Positions 10,242 to 20,644 of a stretch of 64,000 bases of DNA are shown here, one piece after another. The position numbers were made by a program, and so were the translations under genes. How positions within the stretch are numbered: position 1 is the stretch's first letter; each line of letters starts with the position of its first letter. The DNA lies in contig JAZNXL010000055.1 in assembly GCA_045593905.1 (NCBI GenBank), forward strand, positions 2 through 64,001. The letters are read 5' to 3'. The notes beneath the pieces were generated by a model. That model saw only the letters and a list, made by a program, of their open reading frames with translations, ran no database searches and was not told the origin of the DNA. This DNA is from Eubacteriales bacterium. Lineage in GTDB: Bacteria > Bacillota > Clostridia > Oscillospirales > QAKW01.

Positions 10242-10954
10242 TGAATATATTTCCTGCAATAGATATTGTAAAAGGTTGTGCGGTGCGTCTTTTTAAAGGT
10301 GACTACAACCAAATGACAGTTTATAGCGATAACCCCGCAAAAATTGCAATAGATTTTGAGCGCGAAGGCGCAAAGTTTTTACACCTTGTTGACCTTGAAG
10401 GCGCAAAAGACGGCACAACCCCAAACCTTGAAACAATTAAACATATTCGTGAAAACTGCAATTTGTTTATTGAAATAGGCGGCGGTATAAGAAATATTGA
10501 AACTATAAAAAAATATTTAGATATTGGCATTGATAGGGTAATACTCGGCACAGCCGCAGTAAACGACCGCGAATTTTTGATTGATGCCATTAACAAATAC
10601 GGCGATAAAATAGCAGTTGGTGTTGACATTAAAGACGGCTTTGTTGCAATAAAAGGCTGGACCGAAAAATCAACTTTTACAGGCTTTGATTTTTGTAAGC
10701 AAATGCAAGACTTAGGTGTTAAAACCATTATTTGTACCGATATTTCAAAAGACGGTGCAATGAAAGGTACTAACCACGAGCTTTACAACGAGCTTAGCCA
10801 AAAACTCGATGTAAACATTACAGCATCGGGCGGTGTTTCGTCACTTAACGATGTTAAACGCCTTGCAAAGCTTAATATTTACGGCGCAATTATTGGAAAA
10901 GCCTATTATACAGGCGCAATTTCTATAAAAGACGCCTTGGAGGCGGCAAAATGA
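10241..10954 (+). CDS. hisA: ProFAR isomerase
   Basis: IFPAIDI, HLVDLEGA, GGGIR, TDISKDG, ASGGV. Confidence 0.97.
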   Translation: MNIFPAIDIVKGCAVRLFKGDYNQMTVYSDNPAKIAIDFEREGAKFLHLVDLEGAKDGTTPNLETIKHIRENCNLFIEIGGGIRNIETIKKYLDIGIDRVILGTAAVNDREFLIDAINKYGDKIAVGVDIKDGFVAIKGWTEKSTFTGFDFCKQMQDLGVKTIICTDISKDGAMKGTNHELYNELSQKLDVNITASGGVSSLNDVKRLAKLNIYGAIIGKAYYTGAISIKDALEAAK

Positions 10955-11712
10955 TAACAAAACGCATTATCCCTTGCCTTGATGTAAGAAATGGCAGGGT
11001 TGTAAAGGGTACCAACTTTACAAATTTAAACGATGTATCTTCGCCTGTTTCACTTGCAAAATACTATAGTGATAACGGCGCTGATGAGCTTGTTTTTTAT
11101 GATATTACGGCATCATACGAAGAACGACAGCTTTTTACCGATATTTTAGCCGAGGTTGCATCGCAAATATTTATTCCGCTCACTGTTGGCGGCGGAATTA
11201 ACACACTTGACGATTTTGAACGTGTTCTTGCAAACGGCGCCGATAAAGTAAGTGTTAATTCGGGCGCTATTGCAAACCCGAGCCTTGTAAATGAGGCGGC
11301 AAAAAAATACGGAGACCAATGTGTTGTTTTAAGCGCCGATATAAAGCGTGTTGACGGACAGTTCCACGTTTTTTCAAAAGGCGGTAGAATTGATACCGGA
11401 ATGGAAGCAATCTCGTGGATAAAACGCTGTGTTGATATGGGCGCGGGCGAGGTTGTTGTAAACTCAATTGATACTGATGGTGTTAAAGGCGGCTTTGACC
11501 TTGAACTGCTTGATATTGTTTGTAATGCAGTTTCAGTTCCTGTTGTAGCATCAGGCGGTGCCGGCGGTATTAATAGCTTTATTGACCTTTTTAAGACAGT
11601 TCCAAACGTGTCAGCAGGTCTTGCGGCATCAATCTTCCATTTTGGTCAGGTTGAAATTGCCGACCTTAAACAAAATTTAAAACAAAACGGAATAATTGTG
11701 AGGACATTATGA
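10951..11712 (+). CDS. hisF: Imidazole glycerol phosphate synthase, cyclase subunit
   Basis: [46 protein letters not shown]. Confidence 0.97.
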   Translation: MITKRIIPCLDVRNGRVVKGTNFTNLNDVSSPVSLAKYYSDNGADELVFYDITASYEERQLFTDILAEVASQIFIPLTVGGGINTLDDFERVLANGADKVSVNSGAIANPSLVNEAAKKYGDQCVVLSADIKRVDGQFHVFSKGGRIDTGMEAISWIKRCVDMGAGEVVVNSIDTDGVKGGFDLELLDIVCNAVSVPVVASGGAGGINSFIDLFKTVPNVSAGLAASIFHFGQVEIADLKQNLKQNGIIVRTL

Positions 11713-12359
11713 TTAATATAAATGAATTAAAATTTGACCAAAACGGACTTATCCCTGCAATCGTAGTTGATGCTGCTACGAAAAAAGTTTTAACACTTGC
11801 ATATATGAACAAAGAAAGCCTTGAAATTTCTATAGAAAAAAGACTTACTTGTTTTTATAGCCGTTCTCGTAATCAGCTTTGGTTAAAGGGTGAAACAAGC
11901 GGTAACTACCAACACATTGTAAAAATTGTTGCCGATTGTGATAACGACGCACTTGTTGTACTTGTAAATAAAGACGGTCCCGCTTGCCATACAGGCAGTG
12001 AATCTTGCTTTACAAAGGAAGTTTATAGCGACCCAAAACACGCGCCGTTTTCAATAGATTCGCTTTATGCTATGCTCGAGCAAAGAAAAATTGACCTTCC
12101 AAGCGGCTCGTACACATCTTACCTTTTTGAAAAGGGTATTGATAAAATACTCAAAAAGATTGGCGAGGAGTCAACCGAGGTTATTATTGCTTCAAAAGCG
12201 AACGATAAAAAAGAAACCGTTTACGAAATTGCCGATTTGTGTTATCACATAATGGTAATGATGGTTGAAATGGGTATTTCGGTTGACGATGTAAAAAAAG
12301 AACTCGCTTCACGCCACATTATAGATACAAAAGTTAAACAAGAAAAAATGACAAAATAA
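11709..12359 (+). CDS. hisIE: Bifunctional phosphoribosyl-AMP cyclohydrolase / phosphoribosyl-ATP pyrophosphatase
   Basis: [23 protein letters not shown]; [21 protein letters not shown]. Confidence 0.96.
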   Translation: MININELKFDQNGLIPAIVVDAATKKVLTLAYMNKESLEISIEKRLTCFYSRSRNQLWLKGETSGNYQHIVKIVADCDNDALVVLVNKDGPACHTGSESCFTKEVYSDPKHAPFSIDSLYAMLEQRKIDLPSGSYTSYLFEKGIDKILKKIGEESTEVIIASKANDKKETVYEIADLCYHIMVMMVEMGISVDDVKKELASRHIIDTKVKQEKMTK

Positions 12360-12374
12360 CTTTGAGGTAACAAG

Positions 12375-13958
12375 ATGAACTTACAGTATTTTTCAATTAA
12401 CGACTGGCTTTATCCCGACAGCGAATTTACAGCAAAAACAAACAACGTTATACTCCATTCAGCTCGCGGCGCAGACGCTTGTTTTCAACTGCTTACCGAT
12501 GTAACTGTTGATGCCGGTACATTTTGCGATTTTACTTGCGATTTTAATAACGCAGGGATTAAAACAACTGTTTTAGAGCTTGGCGCAGTTAATATTCCGC
12601 TTAACAGTCACGCCGAAATGCTCACTACAAGCGATTACGAGTCGGTTAAGCACTTTGTAACACGCAAGGCGCCTTTTGATGTGTTCGACATTACATATCC
12701 TATTGTTAATAACAAGTTACACGGCGGTAGAGTTGCATTTTTAGTGCGCATCGACATTGATAAAGACGTGGCACCCTCAACATATAACGGAACACTCACA
12801 ATCAAAGTCGGCGAAAACGAAAGCTCTGTTAACATTGAACTCAACGTTTATAAAGCTGTTGTTAAACACCCAAAAGAATCTATGTATTCAATGGTTAACT
12901 GGATAATTCCCGATTCACTTGCGTTTATGCACAAGGTTGAGCGCGGTAGCGAAGAATACTACAATATGTTCGCAAAATATTTAGCCGAGCAGGTTGATAT
13001 GCGCAACACCCATTTTCAGTTACCTTCATTATTACCTATAAAAGATGGAAACGGCAAAATTATAGATTTTGATACAACCGAAAATGAACGAATCGGTAAA
13101 ATTTGTCTTGATGCAGGTTTCAGATATATCTTTGGCGGCTTTGTTACAAGATTTAAGTATTGGCGCGAGTCGGAAATGTATCTTGTATGGGACAAAGAAA
13201 CCTGTTCGGAACAATACGAGGGTATCCGCCAGCTTAATATATATTTTAAACGCATTAAAGAAATGATTGAGCGTAATGGTTGGCAAGATGTTTATATGCA
13301 AGGTCTTGTTGACGAACCTCAGGTTGCAAGTTCAATGACATATCGCGCGCTTTGCGGCTTTTTCAGAAAGGCAGTACCCGGTATTAAAATTATCGACCCT
13401 ATCGAAACACCCGATATCCACGCAAGTTGTGATATTCACGTTGTAAAACAGGCTTGCTACGATAAAGATAAAGACGCATACGATAAACTCCGCGAAACGT
13501 CTGACGAATTGTGGGTTTACACCTGCGGTTTCCCGACAGGCTATTGGATGAACCGTGTAAACGACCTTCCGCTTGCCGCAACACGCCTTCCAACCTGGAT
13601 GAGCGTTCGCTACGATATGAAAGGCTTTTTACATTGGGGATATAACGCATACCTTGACTGTATGGACTCAATGAAAGATACAATGTATCCTTGTACATAT
13701 AAAGGCGAGGACCGTTTCTATCCCGCAGGCAACCACGCTATCATTTATGGCGATAAAGATAACTTTTACGAAAGCGTGCGCGCTCACGTTCAAAGAATTT
13801 CAGCAGTTGATGCCGAGCTTTTATTAATGTTAAAAGAAAAAGATGAGAAGCTTTGCTACTCGCTTATTGATACCGTCTGCACCAACTTTAATGATTACAC
13901 AAACGATGCAGCCGAAATTGATAACGCTCATAAAAAACTATTACAATATCTTGATTAA
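12375..13958 (+). CDS. DUF4091 / GH123-like glycoside hydrolase (putative beta-N-acetylhexosaminidase)
   Basis: LVDEP catalytic-type DE pair, WVYTC, GFLHWGYN, PAGN..IIY..ESVR pattern; no signal peptide. Confidence 0.65.
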   Translation: MNLQYFSINDWLYPDSEFTAKTNNVILHSARGADACFQLLTDVTVDAGTFCDFTCDFNNAGIKTTVLELGAVNIPLNSHAEMLTTSDYESVKHFVTRKAPFDVFDITYPIVNNKLHGGRVAFLVRIDIDKDVAPSTYNGTLTIKVGENESSVNIELNVYKAVVKHPKESMYSMVNWIIPDSLAFMHKVERGSEEYYNMFAKYLAEQVDMRNTHFQLPSLLPIKDGNGKIIDFDTTENERIGKICLDAGFRYIFGGFVTRFKYWRESEMYLVWDKETCSEQYEGIRQLNIYFKRIKEMIERNGWQDVYMQGLVDEPQVASSMTYRALCGFFRKAVPGIKIIDPIETPDIHASCDIHVVKQACYDKDKDAYDKLRETSDELWVYTCGFPTGYWMNRVNDLPLAATRLPTWMSVRYDMKGFLHWGYNAYLDCMDSMKDTMYPCTYKGEDRFYPAGNHAIIYGDKDNFYESVRAHVQRISAVDAELLLMLKEKDEKLCYSLIDTVCTNFNDYTNDAAEIDNAHKKLLQYLD

Positions 13959-13959
13959 T

Positions 13960-13988
13960 AAAAAGGAGAGAAAAAATCTCTCCTTTTT
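13960..13988 (+). terminator. Intrinsic terminator of the his operon
   Basis: aaaaaggagag-aaaaaat-ctctccttttt. Confidence 0.75.
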
Positions 13989-13991
13989 ATA

Positions 13992-14043
13992 TTGACAAAT
14001 GCTCTAATGTGTTAGAGTATATATGAACTCTAATAGATTAGAG
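13992..14043 (+). promoter_or_regulatory. Promoter with two tandem palindromic operators, CTCTAA-N4-TTAGAG
   Basis: TTGACA at 13992; ctctaatgtgttagag 14002-14017 and ctctaatagattagag 14028-14043, upstream of the BlaI-like repressor. Confidence 0.75.
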
Positions 14044-14058
14044 AAAGGGGTTGCTTTT

Positions 14059-14427
14059 ATGGAAACACCAAAAGTATTTGAGAGTGAATATCGTTTTTGT
14101 CTTATTTTGTGGGAGAATGAGCCGATTAAAAGTTCAGAGCTTGTAAAGCTTTGCAAAGAGCAGCTTGATTGGAAGCCCACCACTACTTATACAGTAATCA
14201 AACGACTTTCTGAACGCGGCGTGCTCAAAAACGAAAATACCATTGTTACGTCACTTGTTAGCAAAGACGAGGTTCAGGCGGCTGAAATTGACGAGATGGT
14301 ACAAAAAACCTTTGAAGGCTCGCTGCCTGCATTTATTGCGGCATTTACAAAACACCAAAACATCTCCAAGGAGGAAATTGATGCGGTTCAACAAATGATT
14401 GACCGATTCAGGAAAGGAGAACAGTAA
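14059..14427 (+). CDS. BlaI/MecI/CopY family transcriptional repressor
   Basis: ESEYRFCLILWE...WKPTTTYTVIKRLSERG...FEGSLPAFIAAF; ATG 14059 behind AAGGGG. Confidence 0.92.
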   Translation: METPKVFESEYRFCLILWENEPIKSSELVKLCKEQLDWKPTTTYTVIKRLSERGVLKNENTIVTSLVSKDEVQAAEIDEMVQKTFEGSLPAFIAAFTKHQNISKEEIDAVQQMIDRFRKGEQ

Positions 14428-16376
14428 TGGCTAACATCTTTTTAAAAGTAGTAAATATGAGTATTTCGGCAAGCTGGATAGTAATTGCAGTACTACTGTT
14501 TAGACTGCTGTTCAAAAAAGCGCCAAAATGGATAAACGTTGTACTGTGGGGTTTTGTTGGACTTCGCCTTATAATGCCGTTTTCATTTGAAAGCATATTA
14601 AGTCTTTTGCCAAGTACCCAGACTGTCAGCCCTACAATTATGATGGATAAATCACCGCAAATTGATATTGGCATTGATGCTGTAAATAATGTAATCAACC
14701 CAATTATTACAGGCTCTTTTGCTCCTGAGCCAATGGCGAGTGCAAACCCTCTTCAAATTGTTATTCCCATAATATCAAACTTGTGGCTTTTAGGTGTTGC
14801 TGTGTTGATTTTATACACAATAATCAGCTATTTACGCTTAAAATTTAAAATTGGCACTGCTATATTATATAGTGATAATATTTATCAAAGTGAAAATGTT
14901 GCGTCACCCTTTGTTCTTGGAATTATTAAGCCAAAAATCTATTTGCCGTTTAGTATTAACGACCAAGATATAGAGCACGTTATCGCTCACGAGAGAGCGC
15001 ACATAAAACGCAAAGACTATTTATGGAAACCTATTGGCTTTTTGCTTTTAACACTTCATTGGTTTAACCCGCTTATGTGGCTTGGATATGTGCTGCTTTG
15101 TAGAGATATAGAGCTTGCTTGCGACCAAAAGGTTATAAACGAGCTTACAAATGAGCAAAAGGCGGACTATTCGCAGGCACTTTTAACCTGTAGTATAAAC
15201 CGTCGTATAATCTCAGCTTGCCCGCTTGCTTTCGGCGAGGTTAGTGTAAAAAACAGGGTAAAATCGATTTTAAACTACAAAAAACCTGCCTTTTGGATAA
15301 TTATAGCCGCAGTTATTGTAAGTATAGCTTTGGCAGTTTGCTTTTTAACCGACCCTGCCGTAACAACACTCAAAAACATTGAAAACTGTTCCTTTGATTC
15401 AATAACCGAGAGTACGTATGTGCTTGTACGTGTTGGTGAGGAAAGTAACCAAATAGGTATAGTTGATAAAGACCTTTTGCAAAAACTCTCTGATATAAAA
15501 ATATCTAAAAAGGAAATTTCTTCAGACCGTAGTGAATACAGAAGTTCTTTAAATGAAATTGTTTTGCAAACAAATAAAGAGCTTTATAGCACTACTTTTA
15601 ATTTTAATTCTGATTTTACAGAAGTATGGGCACAAGACGGTGCTAAACCAACTTTGAGTTATAAGGTTATAAGCCCTAAAAGAGCTAAAGAAATTTTCAA
15701 TAACTTTTTAAATTATTGGCTCTATAAATCGAAGGTTATATTAGCTGATTCAAGCGAGTTTAATATAAATCTTTATACACCCGAGGATGTAACTGAAGCA
15801 TTATTAAATCCCAAACAAAACAAACAAATATTAGAACAAACCACATATCAAAAAACATCACTTGGTATAAAGTTCCCACATGTTAACCCGTCAAACATAC
15901 AACCTTATAATTCTCCAAAAATAGAAACGCTTGCGGAAAAAGACGTGTTTATTAAAGAACTAGAAGAACATGGAATAACCGATTATGATATTACATTATA
16001 TGAGTATCAGCTTATTGAAAAATCGTGGCTACTTGATAGCAAAATGATTTCGATGGTAAAAGGTATGTACCCTGAACTTGAAAATATAGATTTAAGTAAC
16101 TGGACAATTGGCAAAGAACAAGCGTATACCGAAGAAAGAAATAGCGAAAACTTAAAAAGCAGATTTACCGCTGAGCAACTTGTTGAGCTTGAAAAACGAG
16201 AAATTCAAATTAACGATACATTTTACCTCTTTAAAGAATTTCATAACGCTGATACTATACTAAAACAAACTGACGAGGTTCTTAAAGAAACTATCGAGGG
16301 TTATTACCGAAAATATCTTTCATTTGCACTTGGCGAAGATGCATACTATAAAATCGCCGAAAAATACGATAACTAA
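14427..16376 (+). CDS. BlaR1/MecR1-like M56 membrane metallopeptidase with a non-canonical C-terminal sensor region
   Basis: SPFVLGIIKPKIYLP, HERAH zincin motif, HWFNPL, DIELACD; coupled to the BlaI-like gene. Confidence 0.9.
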   Translation: MANIFLKVVNMSISASWIVIAVLLFRLLFKKAPKWINVVLWGFVGLRLIMPFSFESILSLLPSTQTVSPTIMMDKSPQIDIGIDAVNNVINPIITGSFAPEPMASANPLQIVIPIISNLWLLGVAVLILYTIISYLRLKFKIGTAILYSDNIYQSENVASPFVLGIIKPKIYLPFSINDQDIEHVIAHERAHIKRKDYLWKPIGFLLLTLHWFNPLMWLGYVLLCRDIELACDQKVINELTNEQKADYSQALLTCSINRRIISACPLAFGEVSVKNRVKSILNYKKPAFWIIIAAVIVSIALAVCFLTDPAVTTLKNIENCSFDSITESTYVLVRVGEESNQIGIVDKDLLQKLSDIKISKKEISSDRSEYRSSLNEIVLQTNKELYSTTFNFNSDFTEVWAQDGAKPTLSYKVISPKRAKEIFNNFLNYWLYKSKVILADSSEFNINLYTPEDVTEALLNPKQNKQILEQTTYQKTSLGIKFPHVNPSNIQPYNSPKIETLAEKDVFIKELEEHGITDYDITLYEYQLIEKSWLLDSKMISMVKGMYPELENIDLSNWTIGKEQAYTEERNSENLKSRFTAEQLVELEKREIQINDTFYLFKEFHNADTILKQTDEVLKETIEGYYRKYLSFALGEDAYYKIAEKYDN

Positions 16377-16402
16377 AAAAAGACGGCTTGGCCGTCTTTT
16401 TT
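16375..16402. terminator. Bidirectional intrinsic terminator
   Basis: aaaaaaagacggc-ttg-gccgtctttttt between convergent genes. Confidence 0.8.
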
Positions 16403-17396
16403 ATTTTAAAAACTTTTCAACTCTTGGCATTAATCCTACCTTTGTGGGTGTGTAAGCGGGGAGCTGTAAAATATCGTGACCGGGGAAGCAGTTGCCCTCG
16501 ATAATTTGAATACTGTCTTTAGAAACTGCAATATCCCAACCAACGTATCCAACTCCGTCAATAACTGTTGCAGCGTTTTTTACAAGCTCAATAATATTGT
16601 TCCACATAGGCATTTCAAAACCAACAATCTCTTTGTTGGTGTATGGGTGCGCGGTGTATTGTATGCCGTTTTTGTCGGCAGCGGGTAGGGTAATCTTGCC
16701 TGTTTCAATATCAACAATAGCCGCCATACCGCCGCTGTTTAAGTTATCAACAAACTTACCGTTGTTACCAATTCTCCAAAACGCAAATATTGGTGTAACG
16801 CTGTTGCCGTCGTTAATTGTAACAACCCTTACTGTGTTAATAGCAAGCGGATATACCTCATTAAGTTTATCGTGCTGTAAAACAATCTCTTCAATAATGC
16901 CGTCGGGCTTGTTTTTAATGCTTTCAAAAACCTCGTCAGCGTTATCGTTTATCATTATTTTTTCAATACCGCGCCCGCAGGTGCCATCCTTTGGCTTGTA
17001 AATAAACCCGTTTTTACCTTCTATAAACTTTAAAAATTCATCTTTTGAAAGTTTGTCGGTAAATAACCAGTCGCGGTTGATATAGTCTTTAAAAATGGTG
17101 TTAAACTCGTTTTTGTTATCAAAAATATGCCACATATCACGACGGTTAAACTTTTTAACAAGCGCATTATTAACACCGCGCGTTACATAGGTTTTTCTTT
17201 GGCTTTCGGTAAGAGTGTAAAACTCGAACAAATCATAATCGAGCGGACCTGCGCCGTAGCGCACACCGCAATAAAGCATATCAAACAATATTATTAAAAA
17301 TGGCTTTTTCGACTTTTTAGCAACGCGTGACACATCACCAAAAACCCTAGAAAAGTCCATTTTAAATACTCTTTTTATAGCGTATCCAAGTGACAT
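16401..17396 (-). CDS. Sugar-transfer-associated ATP-grasp domain protein
   Basis: YKPKDGTCGRG, NTVRVVT, VDNLNSGG, VGWDIA, IEGN motifs; start likely ATG 17396. Confidence 0.8.
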   Translation of the reverse strand: MSLGYAIKRVFKMDFSRVFGDVSRVAKKSKKPFLIILFDMLYCGVRYGAGPLDYDLFEFYTLTESQRKTYVTRGVNNALVKKFNRRDMWHIFDNKNEFNTIFKDYINRDWLFTDKLSKDEFLKFIEGKNGFIYKPKDGTCGRGIEKIMINDNADEVFESIKNKPDGIIEEIVLQHDKLNEVYPLAINTVRVVTINDGNSVTPIFAFWRIGNNGKFVDNLNSGGMAAIVDIETGKITLPAADKNGIQYTAHPYTNKEIVGFEMPMWNNIIELVKNAATVIDGVGYVGWDIAVSKDSIQIIEGNCFPGHDILQLPAYTPTKVGLMPRVEKFLK

Positions 17397-17512
17397 AAAT
17401 TTTTCTTCCTTAAAAATTATTACATTAATTATATTTACACTTATAATAATTGTCAAGTTTATTAAATTTTATAAACCTGCTTGATTTTTTTAAAATTAGT
17501 GGTAAAATATGT

Positions 17513-17539
17513 TTAGCACTCTAAACCAAAGACTGCTAA
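17513..17539 (+). promoter_or_regulatory. CIRCE element (HrcA operator)
   Basis: TTAGCACTC-taaaccaaa-GACTGCTAA, one mismatch to TTAGCACTC-N9-GAGTGCTAA, just upstream of htpG. Confidence 0.92.
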
Positions 17540-17562
17540 TTTTTAATATAAAGGTGAACAAA

Positions 17563-19449
17563 ATGGCAAAAAAACAGTTTAAAACCGAGTCTAAAAAGCT
17601 ACTTGATATGATGATTAATTCAATCTATACTCACAAAGAGATATTTCTGCGTGAGCTTTTGTCAAACGCAAGTGACGCTATTGATAAACTCTATTACCTG
17701 TCACTTACTGACGGTAATTTACAAATTTCAAAAGACAATCTCGAGATTAAATTAAGCGTTGATAAAGACAACCGCACACTCACTATCGAAGATAACGGTA
17801 TTGGTATGACAAAAGACGAGCTTGAAAATAACCTTGGCACTATTGCAAAAAGCGGCTCGTTTGATTTTAAAAATACCGCCGACAAAAAAGACGATGTTGA
17901 TATAATAGGTCAGTTTGGTGTTGGTTTTTATTCAGCGTTTATGGTTAGTGATAAAATAACAGTTGTATCACGCGCCTATAACAGTGACGAGGCTTACGAG
18001 TGGCAGTCGACAGGTGCTGACGGCTACACAATAAAACCTGCTGATAAAAAAACTTGCGGTACAGTTATTACACTTAATATTAAAGATGATACCGAGACCG
18101 AAAGCTATAGTGATTTTGTAGATACTTATAGCATTAAGGCTCTTGTTAAAAAATACTCCGACTATTTGCGCTATCCTATAAAAATGGATGTTGAAAAAGC
18201 GGTTCCACCTCAAAAAGAAGGTGAAAGCGCTACAACCACCATCGAAACTCAAACCCTTAATAGTATGGTTCCGCTTTGGAAAAAACAGGCATCCGATTGT
18301 ACCGAAGAACAGTATAACAGTTTTTACAGAGAAAAGTTTTTTGACTATGAGCCGCCATTAAAGGTTGTTCACTCACGCTTTGAGGGTACTGTTTCAAGTA
18401 ACGTGCTTTTGTTTATTCCAAAACACGCACCATTAGATTACTACACAAAAGACTTTGAAAAAGGTCTAATGCTCTATTCAAGCGGTGTACTTATAATGGA
18501 TAAATGCGCCGACCTTTTGCCCGATTACTTTAGCTTTGTTCGCGGTGTTGCCGATAGCGCAGACTTAAGCCTTAACATCTCTCGTGAAATTTTACAACAA
18601 GACGCAAGCCTTAAATCAATTGCAAAAAGCGTTGAACGAAAAATTAAGTCAGAGCTTTCAAAAATGCTTGCAAACGAGCGTGAAAAGTACGAGGAGTTTT
18701 ATAAGGCGTTTGGTACACAACTCACTTACGGTCTCTATTCCGATTACGGTATGCACAAAGATGTGCTGCAAGACCTTATTATGTTTATCTCGTCAAAAGA
18801 TAAAAAGTACGTAACATTAAAAGAGTATGTTGAAAATGCAAAAGACGACCAAAACTCAATCTACTATGCATCAGGTGAAACTGTAGATAAAATTGATATG
18901 CTCCCGCAGGTTGAGGCGGTTAAAGAAAAAGGCTACGAGGTACTTTATCTTACACAAGAAATTGATGAGTTTGCTCTTAAGGTGCTTAACCAATATGCCG
19001 ACAAAGAGTTTGTTAACGTTTGTGATAACAAGCTCGACCTTTTAACTGAAGACGAGCGCAAAGAACTTGATAATAAAAACAAAGATGCCGAGCAGCTTTT
19101 AAACGCACTCAAAGACGCACTTGGCGATAGCGTAAACGCGGTAAGATTTACAAAATCACTCAAAAACCATCCTGTTTGTCTTACAACCGAGGGCGGTCTT
19201 TCACTCGAAATGGAAAAAACACTTAACAAAATGCCCGGCGCTGAAGCCGAGGGTGTTAAGGCCCAAACAGTCCTTGAAATTAACGCTGACCACCCGATTT
19301 GCGCAAAGCTTATACAACTTTTTGATACCGATAAACAAAAACTTGCCGACTACTCGAAAATTCTTTATGCTCAGGCAAGACTTATAGGCGGTATGTCAAT
19401 TGATAACCCCACCGAGCTTTCAAGCCTTATTTGTAACATACTTTCATAA
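17563..19449 (+). CDS. htpG: Molecular chaperone HtpG (Hsp90)
   Basis: IFLRELLSNASDA, DNGIGM, IGQFGVGFYSAF, LNISREILQ; start ATG 17563. Confidence 0.97.
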   Translation: MAKKQFKTESKKLLDMMINSIYTHKEIFLRELLSNASDAIDKLYYLSLTDGNLQISKDNLEIKLSVDKDNRTLTIEDNGIGMTKDELENNLGTIAKSGSFDFKNTADKKDDVDIIGQFGVGFYSAFMVSDKITVVSRAYNSDEAYEWQSTGADGYTIKPADKKTCGTVITLNIKDDTETESYSDFVDTYSIKALVKKYSDYLRYPIKMDVEKAVPPQKEGESATTTIETQTLNSMVPLWKKQASDCTEEQYNSFYREKFFDYEPPLKVVHSRFEGTVSSNVLLFIPKHAPLDYYTKDFEKGLMLYSSGVLIMDKCADLLPDYFSFVRGVADSADLSLNISREILQQDASLKSIAKSVERKIKSELSKMLANEREKYEEFYKAFGTQLTYGLYSDYGMHKDVLQDLIMFISSKDKKYVTLKEYVENAKDDQNSIYYASGETVDKIDMLPQVEAVKEKGYEVLYLTQEIDEFALKVLNQYADKEFVNVCDNKLDLLTEDERKELDNKNKDAEQLLNALKDALGDSVNAVRFTKSLKNHPVCLTTEGGLSLEMEKTLNKMPGAEAEGVKAQTVLEINADHPICAKLIQLFDTDKQKLADYSKILYAQARLIGGMSIDNPTELSSLICNILS

Positions 19450-19482
19450 AAAAATACCGTGATGCTGTTGCATCACGGTTTT
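19449..19482. terminator. Bidirectional terminator between htpG and mscL
   Basis: accgtgatgc-tgtt-gcatcacggt with A and T tails. Confidence 0.8.
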
Positions 19483-19483
19483 A

Positions 19484-19894
19484 TTATTTCTTTTCTTTAA
19501 GTAAATCTCTTATTTCTTCTAAAAGCTGAACTTCGTCGCTCTTTTTTGGCGGTTCGGGCTTAGGCTCTTCTTTTTTGCGGTTGAGTGCTGACATTATTTT
19601 AATAACAACAAACATACAAAACGCTATTATTACAAAGTCAATAATTGCCTGAATAAATACGCCGTATTTAATTGCACCCTCAACATTAAGCGGATATTGA
19701 AAGCCTGAAAAATCAGCGCCGCCGATTAAAAGACCAATAGCAGGCATGATAATATCTCCAACAAGTGAAGATACAATTTTGTTAAAGGTTGTAGCCATAA
19801 CAACACCGATAGCCATATCAATTACGTTGCCACGCATTACAAACGCTTTAAATTCACCCATAATGCCTTTTATTTTATTTGTTTTTTTACCCAT
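19484..19894 (-). CDS. mscL: Large-conductance mechanosensitive channel
   Basis: [38 protein letters not shown]. Confidence 0.97.
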   Translation of the reverse strand: MGKKTNKIKGIMGEFKAFVMRGNVIDMAIGVVMATTFNKIVSSLVGDIIMPAIGLLIGGADFSGFQYPLNVEGAIKYGVFIQAIIDFVIIAFCMFVVIKIMSALNRKKEEPKPEPPKKSDEVQLLEEIRDLLKEKK

Positions 19895-19964
19895 TTTACA
19901 TGTGTCCTTTCACTTTTGTATAAGTTCATATTAACACACAAAAATGTTTTTGTATATAAATTTA

Positions 19965-20636
19965 TCACAATTTGTCGATTTTAAATATTGTAGCAATGCC
20001 ATCAGCTACTTTAAAATGTATGTCAAACTGTGAAAACTGCATACTGTACTCTCGTTCATCGTCTTGATACGATGGCCTTGGGTCGTCAGCTATGCAACCA
20101 ATTACACATTCTTTTTGATACTCGTTTAAAATGCTTTCAACACCGTCTTTAAAAATAACTTTAAGTGCGTGGTCTTTTTGTGTATCTGAAAACCCGCCCG
20201 TTGCATCGGTGTGACAGTCGGTATAGGGGATATACGGTTTTATATCGTATATAGGTGTGCCGTTTAGCATGTCAACACCCGAAACGTAAAGCACAACACC
20301 CTCGGTTTCGGTTTTTTCAATTTTTTCAAGCTTCACCGAAGAAAGCCCGATGTTATTGGGTCTAAAGGGTGAGCGTGTTGCAAAAACACCGAGTCGGGTA
20401 TTTCCGCCGAGCCTTGGCGGCCTTACTGTAGGCGGAGTGTTTTCTTTGTGTGCCTTTGAAAAATCAAAAATAAGCCAAAGGTGAGAAAACTGCTCAATAC
20501 CGCGTAAATACTCTCTCTTGCGAAACTCAGGCAAAAATACAATCTTACCCAAAAGCGATTTTACACGTCCGCTTTGACGCGGAATACCAAACTTATTATT
20601 AAAATCAGTATAAATGTGTGCAATCGGTTTAATCAT
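19965..20636 (-). CDS. trmO: tRNA (N6-threonylcarbamoyladenosine37-N6)-methyltransferase
   Basis: KFGIPRQ, FSHLWLIF, VRPPRLGGN..GVFATRSPFRPN, GTPIYDIKPY, DPRPSY. Confidence 0.92.
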   Translation of the reverse strand: MIKPIAHIYTDFNNKFGIPRQSGRVKSLLGKIVFLPEFRKREYLRGIEQFSHLWLIFDFSKAHKENTPPTVRPPRLGGNTRLGVFATRSPFRPNNIGLSSVKLEKIEKTETEGVVLYVSGVDMLNGTPIYDIKPYIPYTDCHTDATGGFSDTQKDHALKVIFKDGVESILNEYQKECVIGCIADDPRPSYQDDEREYSMQFSQFDIHFKVADGIATIFKIDKL

Positions 20637-20644
20637 AAACTATC

